62,615 nucleotides of DNA, taken from Bacteroidota bacterium (GTDB lineage: Bacteria > Bacteroidota > Bacteroidia > NS11-12g > UBA955). Location: positions 1 to 62,615 of the forward strand of contig JAIXYV010000011.1 in the NCBI GenBank assembly GCA_027490055.1, written 5' to 3'. Each line of letters starts with the position of its first letter. Position 1 is the stretch's first letter. This document shows, in pieces, positions 47,829 to 59,939 of the stretch. A program made the position numbers and the translations under genes. The notes beneath the pieces were generated by a model. The model made no database searches. It was not told the DNA's origin and saw only the letters and a list, made by a program, of their open reading frames with translations.

Positions 47829-49483
47829 TGCTGCTCAAGTTAAGTGTCAATAATTTTGCTATCATCAAACAGGTGGTGTTTCAACCTTCTAAAGGATTGA
47901 ATATTATTACCGGTGAAACTGGTGCCGGTAAGTCAATTATTCTTGATGCACTTAACTTAATTCTTGGCTCAAGAGCCGATATTAAAACACAAAGCGAATG
48001 GTCTGAAAAAACAGTGGTAGAAGGGGAGTTCGCGCTTAACCACGATCAGTTTGGTGCTTTCTTTACTGATAATGATATCGACTTTGAGGAGACAACCATC
48101 ATAAGACGCGAAATAAACAGCAATGGGAAGTCGCGGACCTTCATTAATGACACACCTGTTAACCTTAATCAGTTAAAATCTCTTGGTGAGAAATTAATAA
48201 GTATTCATTCTCAACACGAAAATACCCACCTCAACGATCGTGTTTTTCAATTTAATTTAATTGATAACTTCGCCGGGATTGCCCCAAAAGTCAATAGCTT
48301 TAGAAAACAATTCAGAAATCTAAAGGAAAAGGAAACTAAGTTGACTAATCTGAAAGCTGAACAAGATAAACTGCTAAAAGAAAAAGACTATCTCGAATTT
48401 CTGATCAATGAGTTTGAAGCGCTCGCCCTCCAGGAAAACGAAGAATCCCTGATCGAAGCTGAATTGAATATCCTGAGCAATGCTGAACAAATTACCCAGA
48501 TTGCTGACTGGATTTCAACGGCTATAGCTGATTCCGAAAATGCCATCGCTGATGTGCTGACTCAGATTAGAAATAAAATTAGAACCATTGAAAATGTCAA
48601 TGATAAATCGCGCGAACTATCTGCCAGAATTAGCTCGGCTATTATCGAACTGAAAGATATTGCCAATGACGCTACCGAGTTAAAAGATTCAGTTCAGGCC
48701 GATGATAACCGGATGGAGCAATTGAATGAACGTTTAAATGCCATTCAACATCTGAAACGCAAACACAATGTAAGCGATTATGCTGAACTCTTAAAGGTAA
48801 GCGAGCAGATAGCGGATCAACTCATTAATATCGGGAATATAGATCGCGATATCGAACACCTTGAAAAAGAAGTGGAAGTTCTACTCAATCTCTTAAAAAC
48901 AGAAGCTAAGACGCTGCACCAGGATAGACAAAAATCGGTTGTTAAACTGAAGTCTGAACTGGAAACGAGATTGAAATCGCTTGAGATGCCTAATGCTAAA
49001 ATAGAATTTGATCTCTCTGAAAAAGAGCAACTGGACGACTTTGGTTGTACAGAGCTGTTAATTCGTTTTAATGCCAATCTGGGTATGACACCTCAAGCCC
49101 TCAATAAAGTAGCTTCTGGTGGTGAGTTAAGTCGGCTTGCTCTTTGCATTCGCTCAGTTGAAGCTTCTAATAAACAACTCAACACCCTCATCTTCGATGA
49201 AATTGATACGGGTGTCTCTGGCAGAGTAGCTGATACCATCGGTCAGATGTTTAAATCTATTTCTTCTCAACACCAGGTGATTGCCATTACACACCTGCCT
49301 CAAGTGGCAGGATATGGCGATGAGCATTTTATGGTTTGTAAAAAAGAAGAAGGGAACTCTACCGTTTCATATTTAAAACACCTCAATGATTCTGAACGCA
49401 TCGATGAACTGGCAAATATGCTTAGTGGTAATCAGGCGACTGAAATTGCGCGAGAAAATGCCAAAGAATTACTTAAAGCCTAA
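47828..49483 (+). CDS. recN: DNA repair protein RecN
   Basis: TGETGAGKS, ASGGELSR, IFDEIDTGVSG, ITHLPQVA. Confidence 0.97.
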   Translation: MLLKLSVNNFAIIKQVVFQPSKGLNIITGETGAGKSIILDALNLILGSRADIKTQSEWSEKTVVEGEFALNHDQFGAFFTDNDIDFEETTIIRREINSNGKSRTFINDTPVNLNQLKSLGEKLISIHSQHENTHLNDRVFQFNLIDNFAGIAPKVNSFRKQFRNLKEKETKLTNLKAEQDKLLKEKDYLEFLINEFEALALQENEESLIEAELNILSNAEQITQIADWISTAIADSENAIADVLTQIRNKIRTIENVNDKSRELSARISSAIIELKDIANDATELKDSVQADDNRMEQLNERLNAIQHLKRKHNVSDYAELLKVSEQIADQLINIGNIDRDIEHLEKEVEVLLNLLKTEAKTLHQDRQKSVVKLKSELETRLKSLEMPNAKIEFDLSEKEQLDDFGCTELLIRFNANLGMTPQALNKVASGGELSRLALCIRSVEASNKQLNTLIFDEIDTGVSGRVADTIGQMFKSISSQHQVIAITHLPQVAGYGDEHFMVCKKEEGNSTVSYLKHLNDSERIDELANMLSGNQATEIARENAKELLKA

Positions 49484-49647
49484 TGTCCGAAATACTAATA
49501 ATTATTTTCCTGATTGCTGTTCTCTTCGCTTACCGAAAAGATCTAAAAGATTACACCAGCAGATATTCTGATAAAACTCAAAAAGCTATTTATATCACAT
49601 TTATGGCCCTGGTAGCTTTGTATCTGCTAAAGCGGCTGTTCTTCTAA
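49483..49647 (+). CDS. 54-aa two-TM small protein (not in the ORF track)
   Basis: Manual translation [54 protein letters not shown]; TAATG coupling to the recN stop. Confidence 0.7.
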   Translation: MSEILIIIFLIAVLFAYRKDLKDYTSRYSDKTQKAIYITFMALVALYLLKRLFF

Positions 49648-49877
49648 TGCTTTTTGCGATCGGCTTTCTGCTTCTCGTAAATAAAGATGGTTTCAACTCT
49701 CTCTCTTGCCCATGGCGTTCTGCGTAAGAACTTCAAACTTGATGCAATGGTAGGATCCTTTAAAAAACAATTAATTCTAACCTGATCAGCCATATAATCC
49801 CAGCCCTTATTTTCTACCAGCCAGTTTAATATCTGCTCTAAAGTTATGCCGTGTAAAGGGTTGTTTTTTTGTTCCAT
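49644..49877 (-). CDS. VF530/DUF2132 family small protein
   Basis: [13 protein letters not shown]...GW...[26 protein letters not shown]. Confidence 0.9.
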   Translation of the reverse strand: MEQKNNPLHGITLEQILNWLVENKGWDYMADQVRINCFLKDPTIASSLKFLRRTPWARERVETIFIYEKQKADRKKH

Positions 49878-50363
49878 TTATTGCTTTCTTTTAATCGGAA
49901 TGTAAATATACTCTTCTGATTCCGGATCATTGTTTTTGTACCGGTCACCCAATACCTCAAAATGCGGTCTGTTATCTAACTCAAATTCTGAAGCTGGTAA
50001 ATACTCGCCGTAAATATACTGGAAAATACTGGTGTCTGTAGATAAACCTTTGTAATGGAATACGGCATATAATCCGCCAGGTATCTCAAAAAGACTGTAT
50101 CTATCGTCAATGTTAGATGGATTGTTTTCCAGCTCTACTGCCGCCCATTTCTCAAAAGTTCTGTTTGGGTCGAACTGAATAAAATAGTCGGACTCGTACA
50201 CCTGAGCAGAGATAATTTCCTTGTTTTTGCGATCCCCAATACTGCCAATCTCTGGCATAAATGAACGCCATAATTCGCCAGTTCTATTATTCGCTAATGA
50301 CATGTTTAAACACTTGCCAAGGCAAATTTTAGGCGCTATCGTAAGAATATCCGGACTAAGCAT
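49878..50363 (-). CDS. GyrI-like small-molecule-binding domain protein
   Basis: LWRSFMP, FEKWAAVE, IPGGLYAVF, DNRPHFE, EYIYIPI. Confidence 0.85.
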   Translation of the reverse strand: MLSPDILTIAPKICLGKCLNMSLANNRTGELWRSFMPEIGSIGDRKNKEIISAQVYESDYFIQFDPNRTFEKWAAVELENNPSNIDDRYSLFEIPGGLYAVFHYKGLSTDTSIFQYIYGEYLPASEFELDNRPHFEVLGDRYKNNDPESEEYIYIPIKRKQ

Positions 50364-50367
50364 CGAC

Positions 50368-52026
<1,659 letters not shown>

Positions 52027-52099
52027 TCAATCAATCGCAATAGTTTTTTGGCAATAACAGATGGAGCAGATAACCGGATGACAAAGGTAGATATTTTTC

Positions 52100-52855
52100 T
52101 TAAATCATGTGGGGGTTGATTTTCAAGAAATTGTCAACAGTGATTAAATCAGAAGGGCTGTCGATGGCGGGACTAACAAAATCGGTATCCTTGACGCTTA
52201 TTGTGAACCCGTTCTCGAGCCATCTTAACTGCTCTAAACTTTCTGTTTGTTCCAATACCCCAGGCTGCAATTCGCTTAACTTGGAACAGATTTCAGTTCT
52301 GAATGCATACATGCCTATATGTCGTCTGTATGGATAATTGTCTACCCAGGTGCTCTCCTCTAAACCTCTGTAATAGGGAATGGCCTGTCTCGAAAAATAA
52401 ATGGCTTTGCTATTGCCATCACTAATCACTTTGACAATATTGGGATTGAACAATTCTTCGCTGCTCTTTATAGGTTTCTGTAAAGTGGCAATGTCTGTGT
52501 GATGCTCCGAAAATTCTGAAGCCAGCAACTCTATCTGTGACGGCAATATAAATGGTTCATCGCCCTGTAAATTGATTAAGACATCAAAGCTGCCATTGAT
52601 TCGTGACATCACTTCAAAACATCTATCAGTTCCACTGACATGATCTGAGGCAGTCATCATACAATTGCCAAAAGCACTGACGTGGTCATAAATTCTCTGA
52701 TCGTCTGTGGCAACTACCACCTCTGCATCCAAATTGGTTTTTAAGGCCTGCTCGTATGTGCGTCTTACCAGCGATTTGCCTGCTATATCAACTAGTGGCT
52801 TGCCTTCAAATCGGGTCGACCCATATCTGGATGGTATTACAATCAGTACTTTCAT
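52100..52855 (-). CDS. kdsB: 3-deoxy-manno-octulosonate cytidylyltransferase
   Basis: IPSRYGSTRFEGKPL, SGTDR, NLQGDEP, YFSR, HIGMY, LEQLRWLENG. Confidence 0.96.
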   Translation of the reverse strand: MKVLIVIPSRYGSTRFEGKPLVDIAGKSLVRRTYEQALKTNLDAEVVVATDDQRIYDHVSAFGNCMMTASDHVSGTDRCFEVMSRINGSFDVLINLQGDEPFILPSQIELLASEFSEHHTDIATLQKPIKSSEELFNPNIVKVISDGNSKAIYFSRQAIPYYRGLEESTWVDNYPYRRHIGMYAFRTEICSKLSELQPGVLEQTESLEQLRWLENGFTISVKDTDFVSPAIDSPSDLITVDNFLKINPHMI

Positions 52856-52892
52856 CGTTGCGAATATAATTTAATTTTTATCTGTAGCGCTT

Positions 52893-55400
52893 TTAAAAAC
52901 TGACACTCAAGCCAACCTTTAAACCGAACCTCCTGTAGCCTACGCCGTTTAAATGGGTCAATCTGTGAACTGCCACTACCTGCAAAACTTTAAAAATGTT
53001 CTCTATGCCATAAGCTACTTCGATGTATGGCTCTTTGTTGAGGGCGTTAACAAGCGGACTTACTGCTATGCCATTGTAATCCTTCACTGGAATCAATGAT
53101 TTGTTTTTTTCACTTAAGCTACCCATCACGGCGCGACCTTCAGCAAATTCTCTCCATTTTAATTTCTTCATTAAGGGAATTCTGTTAATTATCGCTCCGT
53201 TAAAATGGTGCTCCATTTTGAAGAACAAACTCTGATCAGTAACAAATTCAAAAAAGTCCATTTGATTATAAGCAGAGGTGCTGTAAATATACGATTGGTT
53301 TCCTCTGTGAACCTCTAACAAAGGGTAGGGTAGTTGCTCGAAAATCTTAGTGCCCGACAAGGTGAAATCCGTTCTGCCCCAGTAGCCAAAACTCAATCCT
53401 TTTTCTATACTGGCCGTTACTCTGTTGTAATTAAATCTGCTGCCCAGTACACCTTTAAAACCTCGGGTATAATTGATGGCCAATGCCAGTCCCCCTGGCT
53501 TTGATTGTCTTACACGTTCATTATCGTTCTGTAAATAGTATTCTTTTGGTGCCCAACGCAAACTCACTGTAGCTGTACTATTAGTAAAATCACTACTAAT
53601 GCCGCTGTCTCCCTGGTTTAGGTTTTCGAAATAGGCAAAGTTGAATTTGTTGTTAACGGGCTCAAACTGATATTCTTTATGCATCAATACAAGTTTCGCA
53701 TTCCAGCCTTTGGTGAACTCGCTGTTAAACCAGAATTTAGATTCTTTGGTTCTGTTTAACTGACTGGCGGCAAACACCGATACAGCTGTAAATAAATTGC
53801 TGGATCCGTAATAATCATCTGTTACGCCGATTTGCTCTATGTCTTTTTTATAGGAGATACCTGTCATCGTCCAGTGTTTTCTGCTGATGACTTTCTCTGC
53901 CTGAAGTTTGTATTTCCATTGCATATCCTGGAAACCATAGGCGCCATAACCACTGAAGATGTATTTTTTGCTGAGTCCAAAATTGGTCTTTGCTCCCACA
54001 CGAATTCTATGTCCTTCTAATACGTTATAGCCGTATAATAAGGCATACGGACCGAAATCAAACTTGCCAATGGTTTTGTAACCATTAAATAAGATGTTGA
54101 TGAACTCGACATAGTTTTTGATGACCTTCACATTGGTAAGGGTATCGATTTTCATCAATGCTCTTTTCTCATCCGTACTTAAATTCTCATGTCTGGCAGT
54201 GTCCCAGAATTCGTCTGATTTTTGTGTGGCGTCTTCTAATAATGTTATAGGGTAGTCAAAAAACTTTGGTGATCGATCGGTGTTTACACTTATCTTCTCA
54301 TATGAATTGGTGAACAAAGCGATCATACCTGCAGAGTTTTTTGAAAGCTCGGCAATATCTATCAGGATCCTTGATTTAACAGGTACATAGGCCCCCGCAG
54401 CTGTCTTCTGCAATTCCTGTGTAATCTTTAATTTCTCTACAAAGTTTAAGTTGGCTTTATTGGTAATGCTTAATGTTAAACGCGTTAATGCAAAGGTGCT
54501 GTCTTCAATCCATATGTAGCCGGTGAATACTAAGTCCAGTGGATTTTTTGGTGTCACTTCTATCTGGAAAATCTTTCTGTTGGTGCCAGGTACAAAATCT
54601 GAACCTGCCATTTTGAAATTGTAATAGGTAAAGGATGACTTGGCAATTGGAGAAATAAAATTCTTCTGAAGTATCGGCAATATATTGTCGTTGAAATTGT
54701 ATTGCTGAAAAGTTGATCCTAATAACTGTGATAAGAATGAACCATCTTCAACGCCTATTCCTTTTACCCTTGATGCAATAATTACCTCTTTATTTAGGCG
54801 TGGATTTTTATTGTAATAGAAATTGCTCAGATTCTCTGAAATGAAAATTGGTAATACCTGTTTGCCTTTATCCTCACTCAGATATGACATGGTGTCAAAA
54901 ATGCCCTCAACACTTTTTAGTAGTTTCTTGTTCTTTAAATCTTCAGAAACATTATTAACTGCTATCTGAATTTTTGTAAAACTCTCGCACTCGAAGGAAT
55001 TCAATTGTTCAAAATTGTAAGTCTGTTTATTGTTCTGCGCGTTCTCAATAATTTTTAAAGCCCGGTTAACTTTACTGGATGCTTTTGCACCGGTAAAAAC
55101 AACATCTTTATTAACCATCTTAATATTTAGAGTTAAACTCGAGCCTCTTGCTATGTAGATGTTCTGAGTTTCATAACCCACATAAGTGATCACCAATGTA
55201 TCACTTTCCTTGCTGGTCTTTAAACTAAACTGACCTTCGAAATTTGTACTTGTAGCATCACCTGTGCCGGCAAAGTAAACACTGGCGCCAGTTATAGGCT
55301 CGCCTGTCTTTAAGTCTATAACTTTTCCCTTAACAGAACTTGTCTGAGCTAATACACACTGCCCTAAGCCAAATAACACAATCAGAAACAATAAGCGCAT
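52893..55400 (-). CDS. Carboxypeptidase-regulatory-like plus DUF5686-type outer-membrane protein
   Basis: GKVIDLKTGEPITGASV, FISPIA, FTGYIWIED, EHHFNG, PYIEVAYGIENIFK, terminal Phe. Confidence 0.8.
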   Translation of the reverse strand: MRLLFLIVLFGLGQCVLAQTSSVKGKVIDLKTGEPITGASVYFAGTGDATSTNFEGQFSLKTSKESDTLVITYVGYETQNIYIARGSSLTLNIKMVNKDVVFTGAKASSKVNRALKIIENAQNNKQTYNFEQLNSFECESFTKIQIAVNNVSEDLKNKKLLKSVEGIFDTMSYLSEDKGKQVLPIFISENLSNFYYNKNPRLNKEVIIASRVKGIGVEDGSFLSQLLGSTFQQYNFNDNILPILQKNFISPIAKSSFTYYNFKMAGSDFVPGTNRKIFQIEVTPKNPLDLVFTGYIWIEDSTFALTRLTLSITNKANLNFVEKLKITQELQKTAAGAYVPVKSRILIDIAELSKNSAGMIALFTNSYEKISVNTDRSPKFFDYPITLLEDATQKSDEFWDTARHENLSTDEKRALMKIDTLTNVKVIKNYVEFINILFNGYKTIGKFDFGPYALLYGYNVLEGHRIRVGAKTNFGLSKKYIFSGYGAYGFQDMQWKYKLQAEKVISRKHWTMTGISYKKDIEQIGVTDDYYGSSNLFTAVSVFAASQLNRTKESKFWFNSEFTKGWNAKLVLMHKEYQFEPVNNKFNFAYFENLNQGDSGISSDFTNSTATVSLRWAPKEYYLQNDNERVRQSKPGGLALAINYTRGFKGVLGSRFNYNRVTASIEKGLSFGYWGRTDFTLSGTKIFEQLPYPLLEVHRGNQSYIYSTSAYNQMDFFEFVTDQSLFFKMEHHFNGAIINRIPLMKKLKWREFAEGRAVMGSLSEKNKSLIPVKDYNGIAVSPLVNALNKEPYIEVAYGIENIFKVLQVVAVHRLTHLNGVGYRRFGLKVGLSVSF

Positions 55401-55615
55401 AATATGCAAATGTAATTAATGTAGTAGACTCTGTAACGGATGAAAGTCGTAATTTGTTAACGCGTTCCATATAAATGTACAATTAGTGTGTTCTCATTTT
55501 TGAAATAGTTATTTCACCATTTTCACACTTCCGTTTTAAAAATTCTGTCCTACAAAAATGTGATTAAAATGTTCACTCTATTTTCAACATTTTTTTGAAT
55601 TCTGTTTTTAACTCG

Positions 55616-55623
55616 TATATTTG
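55616..55623 (+). promoter_or_regulatory. -7 promoter element of the B12 uptake operon
   Basis: TATATTTG immediately upstream of the riboswitch. Confidence 0.75.
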
Positions 55624-55627
55624 CAGT

Positions 55628-55836
55628 CGATAACGGTTCTGAAATTGAACGCTATTTTCAAATTCAGATTAAAAGGGAATCCGGTGTAATTCCGGAACAT
55701 TTCCCGATGCTGTAATCCTCTCGTATCTTGTTTTCAAGATACAGTTTTTCCGGGTTCTAATACCACTGTTCGCCCAATCAGCGAATGGGAAGGTCCGAAA
55801 AAATACAGGGGTGAGTCAGAAGACCTGCCATTGTCA
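55628..55836 (+). promoter_or_regulatory. Cobalamin riboswitch
   Basis: GGTT...AAAAGGGAATCCGGTGTAATTCCGGAAC..TCCCGATGCTGTAA, CCACTG...TGGGAAGG, B12 box AGTCAGAAGACCTGCC; lies upstream of a TonB-dependent receptor. Confidence 0.95.
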
Positions 55837-55938
55837 ACATAGGTTTTAAAGCTTTCGGAGAAAAGGCTTGGACTCAACAAAGGCACTGCTTCTGTTATCC
55901 ATTTTTTTTCATCGCTTTTCAGCCGCTAAATAAACATT

Positions 55939-57816
55939 ATGAAGTCTGCGGGACTGATATCGATTTTTTTCTTTAGTACACTGTGCTACGCTCAGTCTAA
56001 AGATACCACTGTGTGGAAGGCTTTCGAGCTCATTGCTCCTAAAGCTACCTCTAACACAGGGGCTGTGAAAATCAATATGCCCCTGTCTTCAGGCGGTAGT
56101 CTGGCTGATGTACTTTCTCAATACTCTGCTCTGTTCGTTAAATCCTACAGTCCGGGTAACCTCGCCTCTACCTCTATGCGCGGTATGGGAGCTCAGCACA
56201 CCGCTGTATTATGGAATGGTATTAACCTTCAGAGTTGCATGAATTCTAATATCGACCTGAATCTGTTGCCTGTGTTTTTCTTCGATCAGGCTGCTATTGA
56301 AACAGGTGCCAATGCCTCTGCTTCTGCTAATGGTGCCATTGCCGGGGCTATCTATCTAAGCAATGATGTTGCGCCTCTTAATATGACATCACTGGAAGCA
56401 CAACTCGGAAGTTTTCACCAGAAATCTCTGGCTTTTAGTCACCAACTCTCCGTCAAAAAATGGTCGGCCAATACCCGTATTCTACTTCGATCGGCAGATA
56501 ATGATTTCAAATATGTTAATTACTACCTGGCCGAAAAACCTACCGAGCGTCTTAAAAACAGCGAATTACAACAAGGTGGTTTTATGCAGGAAATTAAATA
56601 TACCCTGAATAAAAAACATCAGTTGTACCTTAACTACTGGTACCTCGAAACCAGTCGCAATCTCCCGAACGCTATGGGAATTACCTCTAATAACAACGAA
56701 CACCAGGATGATTTCAGTCACAAACTGATTGCTCAACACTCGGCTCAGCTAAATGCCAAAACCGAACTGGTCAACAAAGTTTCCTATATCAATGAGAAGA
56801 TCAATTACTTCAATGATCTTTTAAGTCCAGCGTTCAACACAGCTAACAATTACATCGCCGAATCTCAATGCAAATGGAAAATAACCCCTCAGTTTGAATT
56901 CGGTGCCTCTATCAATTATACCTACCAACAAGCTCATACCGATGGCTACCGCAATGGCAAAGAAAGACATTTGTTCTCTCTATGGTCTGGTATCGTTTGG
57001 TGGTCGAAAAACAAATTGTATAAACTAAGCTTCGGTAACCGTCAACTAATGGCCAACTCTGAAATGACGCCTTCTAGTCCCGATTTAGGTGCCGAAATTA
57101 AACTACACCCTAAACTAAAACTAAAAGCAAATCTTGCCGCTGGTTTCAGAATTCCTTCATTTAATGATTTGTTCTGGCAAGCTGGTGGTAATGCCGATCT
57201 TAAACCAGAAGTTTCCCGTAAATCTGAATTAACAACAGAATACAAAAACGCTGAGTTTAAACTCGCACTTACTGGATTCTATCACCATGTCAGCGACTGG
57301 ATTCTATGGACCCCAGATCCTGCTTCTCAAATCTGGAGAGCCTCTAATGCTAAAACGGTTACCTCACAAGGTGCTGAAATTGCTTCAGAGTACAAATGGA
57401 GTATCTCTAAATTTCATTTTGTGAAATTCTCTGGCAGATACCAGTTTGTGAGAAGTATCAATACCAGTGTTTATTTCAACGACTCTGCGGCCTTTATGAA
57501 GCAATTATTTTATACGCCGCTTCATACTGGTTTTGCTCAATTAAACTACCAGTACAAGTATCTTAACTTCTCTGTCGGAACTGTCTACACTGGCTCTGTC
57601 TTTACAACTGCTGATAACAGCAAGGATAATGCGCTGCCATCATACTGTCTTGTAAATAGTTCCCTGTCTTATCTCTTCAATGTTAAAAAACATCAGGCCC
57701 TCGTGTCTGTCTCAGCTTTCAACCTCGGGAATGCGACTTATCAGGTTATGCAAAACCGACCTATGCCACTGCGAAACTATCAAATATCAATAAAGTTCAA
57801 TATCAAACATGATTAA
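55939..57816 (+). CDS. btuB: TonB-dependent receptor, probably the cobalamin transporter
   Basis: Plug SLADVL...SMRG..AQHTAVLWNG, FRIPSFNDLFW, LKPE, PMPLRNY; directly downstream of the B12 riboswitch. Confidence 0.85.
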   Translation: MKSAGLISIFFFSTLCYAQSKDTTVWKAFELIAPKATSNTGAVKINMPLSSGGSLADVLSQYSALFVKSYSPGNLASTSMRGMGAQHTAVLWNGINLQSCMNSNIDLNLLPVFFFDQAAIETGANASASANGAIAGAIYLSNDVAPLNMTSLEAQLGSFHQKSLAFSHQLSVKKWSANTRILLRSADNDFKYVNYYLAEKPTERLKNSELQQGGFMQEIKYTLNKKHQLYLNYWYLETSRNLPNAMGITSNNNEHQDDFSHKLIAQHSAQLNAKTELVNKVSYINEKINYFNDLLSPAFNTANNYIAESQCKWKITPQFEFGASINYTYQQAHTDGYRNGKERHLFSLWSGIVWWSKNKLYKLSFGNRQLMANSEMTPSSPDLGAEIKLHPKLKLKANLAAGFRIPSFNDLFWQAGGNADLKPEVSRKSELTTEYKNAEFKLALTGFYHHVSDWILWTPDPASQIWRASNAKTVTSQGAEIASEYKWSISKFHFVKFSGRYQFVRSINTSVYFNDSAAFMKQLFYTPLHTGFAQLNYQYKYLNFSVGTVYTGSVFTTADNSKDNALPSYCLVNSSLSYLFNVKKHQALVSVSAFNLGNATYQVMQNRPMPLRNYQISIKFNIKHD

Positions 57817-58846
57817 AATTAATTACACTAAATGGGTGTTCATTTCTATGTGTGCCTTAGCCTTCTCGTCTTGTAAAAAAGATGAAAACACTACTGTCAT
57901 TACCGAAAACTACAAAGGTTACCTAGTCGTTAATGAAGGTGGATTCAATAAATCTAATGGCTCTGTGGGTTTGTACAAACCCGGAAATAAAACATATTTG
58001 GATGCATTTAAATCTGCCAATAACCGTCCACTTGGCGATATTGTGCAGTCGATGTCTCTCATTGATGGTAAATATTATATCGCTGTCAATAACTCTAATA
58101 AAATAGAAATCGTCAACCAGGCTGACTTTAAATCGGTGGCTTCAGTAAATGTTAATTCCCCTAGATATATTCTTAAAGTTTCAGCCACTAAAGCCTATGT
58201 AAGCAATCTCTATAACAACGCTGTTCAGATTCTTGATCTGAATTCTAAAATGCTTTCTGGTTCTGTTAATATTAACCACTGGAGCGAAGCTATGGCCCTG
58301 ATGAATGGCAAAGCCTATATTAATGCGAATAACGATAAAATGATGATACTCGATGTTACTTCTGATGCATTGGTTGATTCTATTAGTATGTCGGCCGGAC
58401 TGAGTAAAGTGGTGAATGCAGGCACTGATAAACTTGGGGTGTTGTGCGCTGGGGCACTCGACTGGACCAATGGAAGTGTTCTGGCAGATGCCAAGTTTTT
58501 TATTCTAAGTAAAGATTCTAATAAAGTGTCTTTAACAGTACCTCTTACTGGTGCCGGTTACGGTGGCTCTCTGGTATACAGCGCTTCGGCAAATGCTTTC
58601 TATTTCTCTCTTGGAGGAAACGTTATTAAGAAGGTAACGATCGATGGTGTCGTAAGTGATTTTATCACGCTTGGTTCTGGTATCTCAGTTTATGGTCTTT
58701 CTATTAATTCAAATGGTGATCTGTTCGTTATGGATGCTGGCGATTTTAACTCTGCTGGTAAAGTTTATATTTACAACAGCACAGGTGTGAAACAATCTGA
58801 GTTTGCAGCTGGTATCGCTCCAAATGCTGTATTATTCAACGACTAA
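57809..58846 (+). CDS. BtuG-like (YncE-type beta-propeller) surface lipoprotein
   Basis: Lipobox FSSC-KKDE, VVNEGGF, LGDIVQSM, YIAVNNS, SPRY, AGIAP; follows btuB. Confidence 0.8.
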   Translation: MIKINYTKWVFISMCALAFSSCKKDENTTVITENYKGYLVVNEGGFNKSNGSVGLYKPGNKTYLDAFKSANNRPLGDIVQSMSLIDGKYYIAVNNSNKIEIVNQADFKSVASVNVNSPRYILKVSATKAYVSNLYNNAVQILDLNSKMLSGSVNINHWSEAMALMNGKAYINANNDKMMILDVTSDALVDSISMSAGLSKVVNAGTDKLGVLCAGALDWTNGSVLADAKFFILSKDSNKVSLTVPLTGAGYGGSLVYSASANAFYFSLGGNVIKKVTIDGVVSDFITLGSGISVYGLSINSNGDLFVMDAGDFNSAGKVYIYNSTGVKQSEFAAGIAPNAVLFND

Positions 58847-59919
58847 TGAAGTACTTCTTTTACCTCATCATACTTTTGTCTGCCTGTCAGAATAAATCTG
58901 CTGATGTAAAAGATACGATCTTATCATACGAGCCAATGCGCTATACTAAAATGTTTGGTATAGCGCATTTTTCTGATTATTCTCGTCTCTTTTTTGTTAA
59001 GGATGGCGATACTACATGGAGTATTTCTTCAAAGGAAACAGATACCTCAAATGCTAAAATGGTGGTTCTTTCTTCGGTTTTTGCAGCTTGCCTGGAAATT
59101 ATTAACGAACAAGATAAAATCATCGGTATCGATAAAATAACTTATTACAATGATTCTCTTCTCCTAAAAGCATTTAGTAAAGGGTTTATCACAGAAATAG
59201 GTGAGGAGGGGCAATTGAAAATGGAAAAATTACTTCAGCTAAAACCTGATTTTCTGTTCGCCAGTTCACACACTAGTTCTGATGTCGCTACAGTTAAACG
59301 ACTTGAAAGTGTCGGTACCAGAATTATACCATGTGATAATTTTCTGGAACAAGATCCTCTGGCTCGTGCCGAATGGATGAAACTCTTTGGGTTTATCTGC
59401 GGTAAATTGCCTCTGGCAAATCTGAAATTCAATCAAATTGATTCGAATTACCAAGTACTCAAATCTCAGGTAAGTAGCACCTCTAAACGCCCCTTGATTA
59501 TGACCGATGCCATGTACATGTCGGTGTGGAATGTGCCCGGTGCCGAAAGCTACACCGCAAAACTAATTCAGGATGCAGGTGGTCTATATGTGTTTAGTAA
59601 TAAAAAAGACCGTTTCTCTTTTCCTTTGAGTTTTGAAACTGTTTATACTGCAGCAGCTAATGCAGATGTGTGGATTCATGTCAATCAATATAAAACCATT
59701 AGCGAATTACTATCGGCTGAACCCAGATACCAATTGTTTAATCCAGTTGCCAAACAGCAAGTCTACAATTACAACAAAAAAGAAAATGTAACAGGTGGAA
59801 ACGATTTCTGGGAAACCGGTGTTGTCCGACCAGATCTGGTGCTGAAAGACCTGATTCAGATTTTCTCTATGGATAAAAATAATCAAACGGATTTGTATTT
59901 TTATAACAGACTTGATTAG
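58846..59919 (+). CDS. ABC-type cobalamin/iron-chelate substrate-binding lipoprotein (BtuF-like)
   Basis: Lipobox LSAC, EKLLQLKPD, EQDPLARAEW, DAGG, DFWETGVVRPDLVLKDL. Confidence 0.85.
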   Translation: MKYFFYLIILLSACQNKSADVKDTILSYEPMRYTKMFGIAHFSDYSRLFFVKDGDTTWSISSKETDTSNAKMVVLSSVFAACLEIINEQDKIIGIDKITYYNDSLLLKAFSKGFITEIGEEGQLKMEKLLQLKPDFLFASSHTSSDVATVKRLESVGTRIIPCDNFLEQDPLARAEWMKLFGFICGKLPLANLKFNQIDSNYQVLKSQVSSTSKRPLIMTDAMYMSVWNVPGAESYTAKLIQDAGGLYVFSNKKDRFSFPLSFETVYTAAANADVWIHVNQYKTISELLSAEPRYQLFNPVAKQQVYNYNKKENVTGGNDFWETGVVRPDLVLKDLIQIFSMDKNNQTDLYFYNRLD

Positions 59920-59939
59920 ATTTGCCTTTTATCTAAAAA

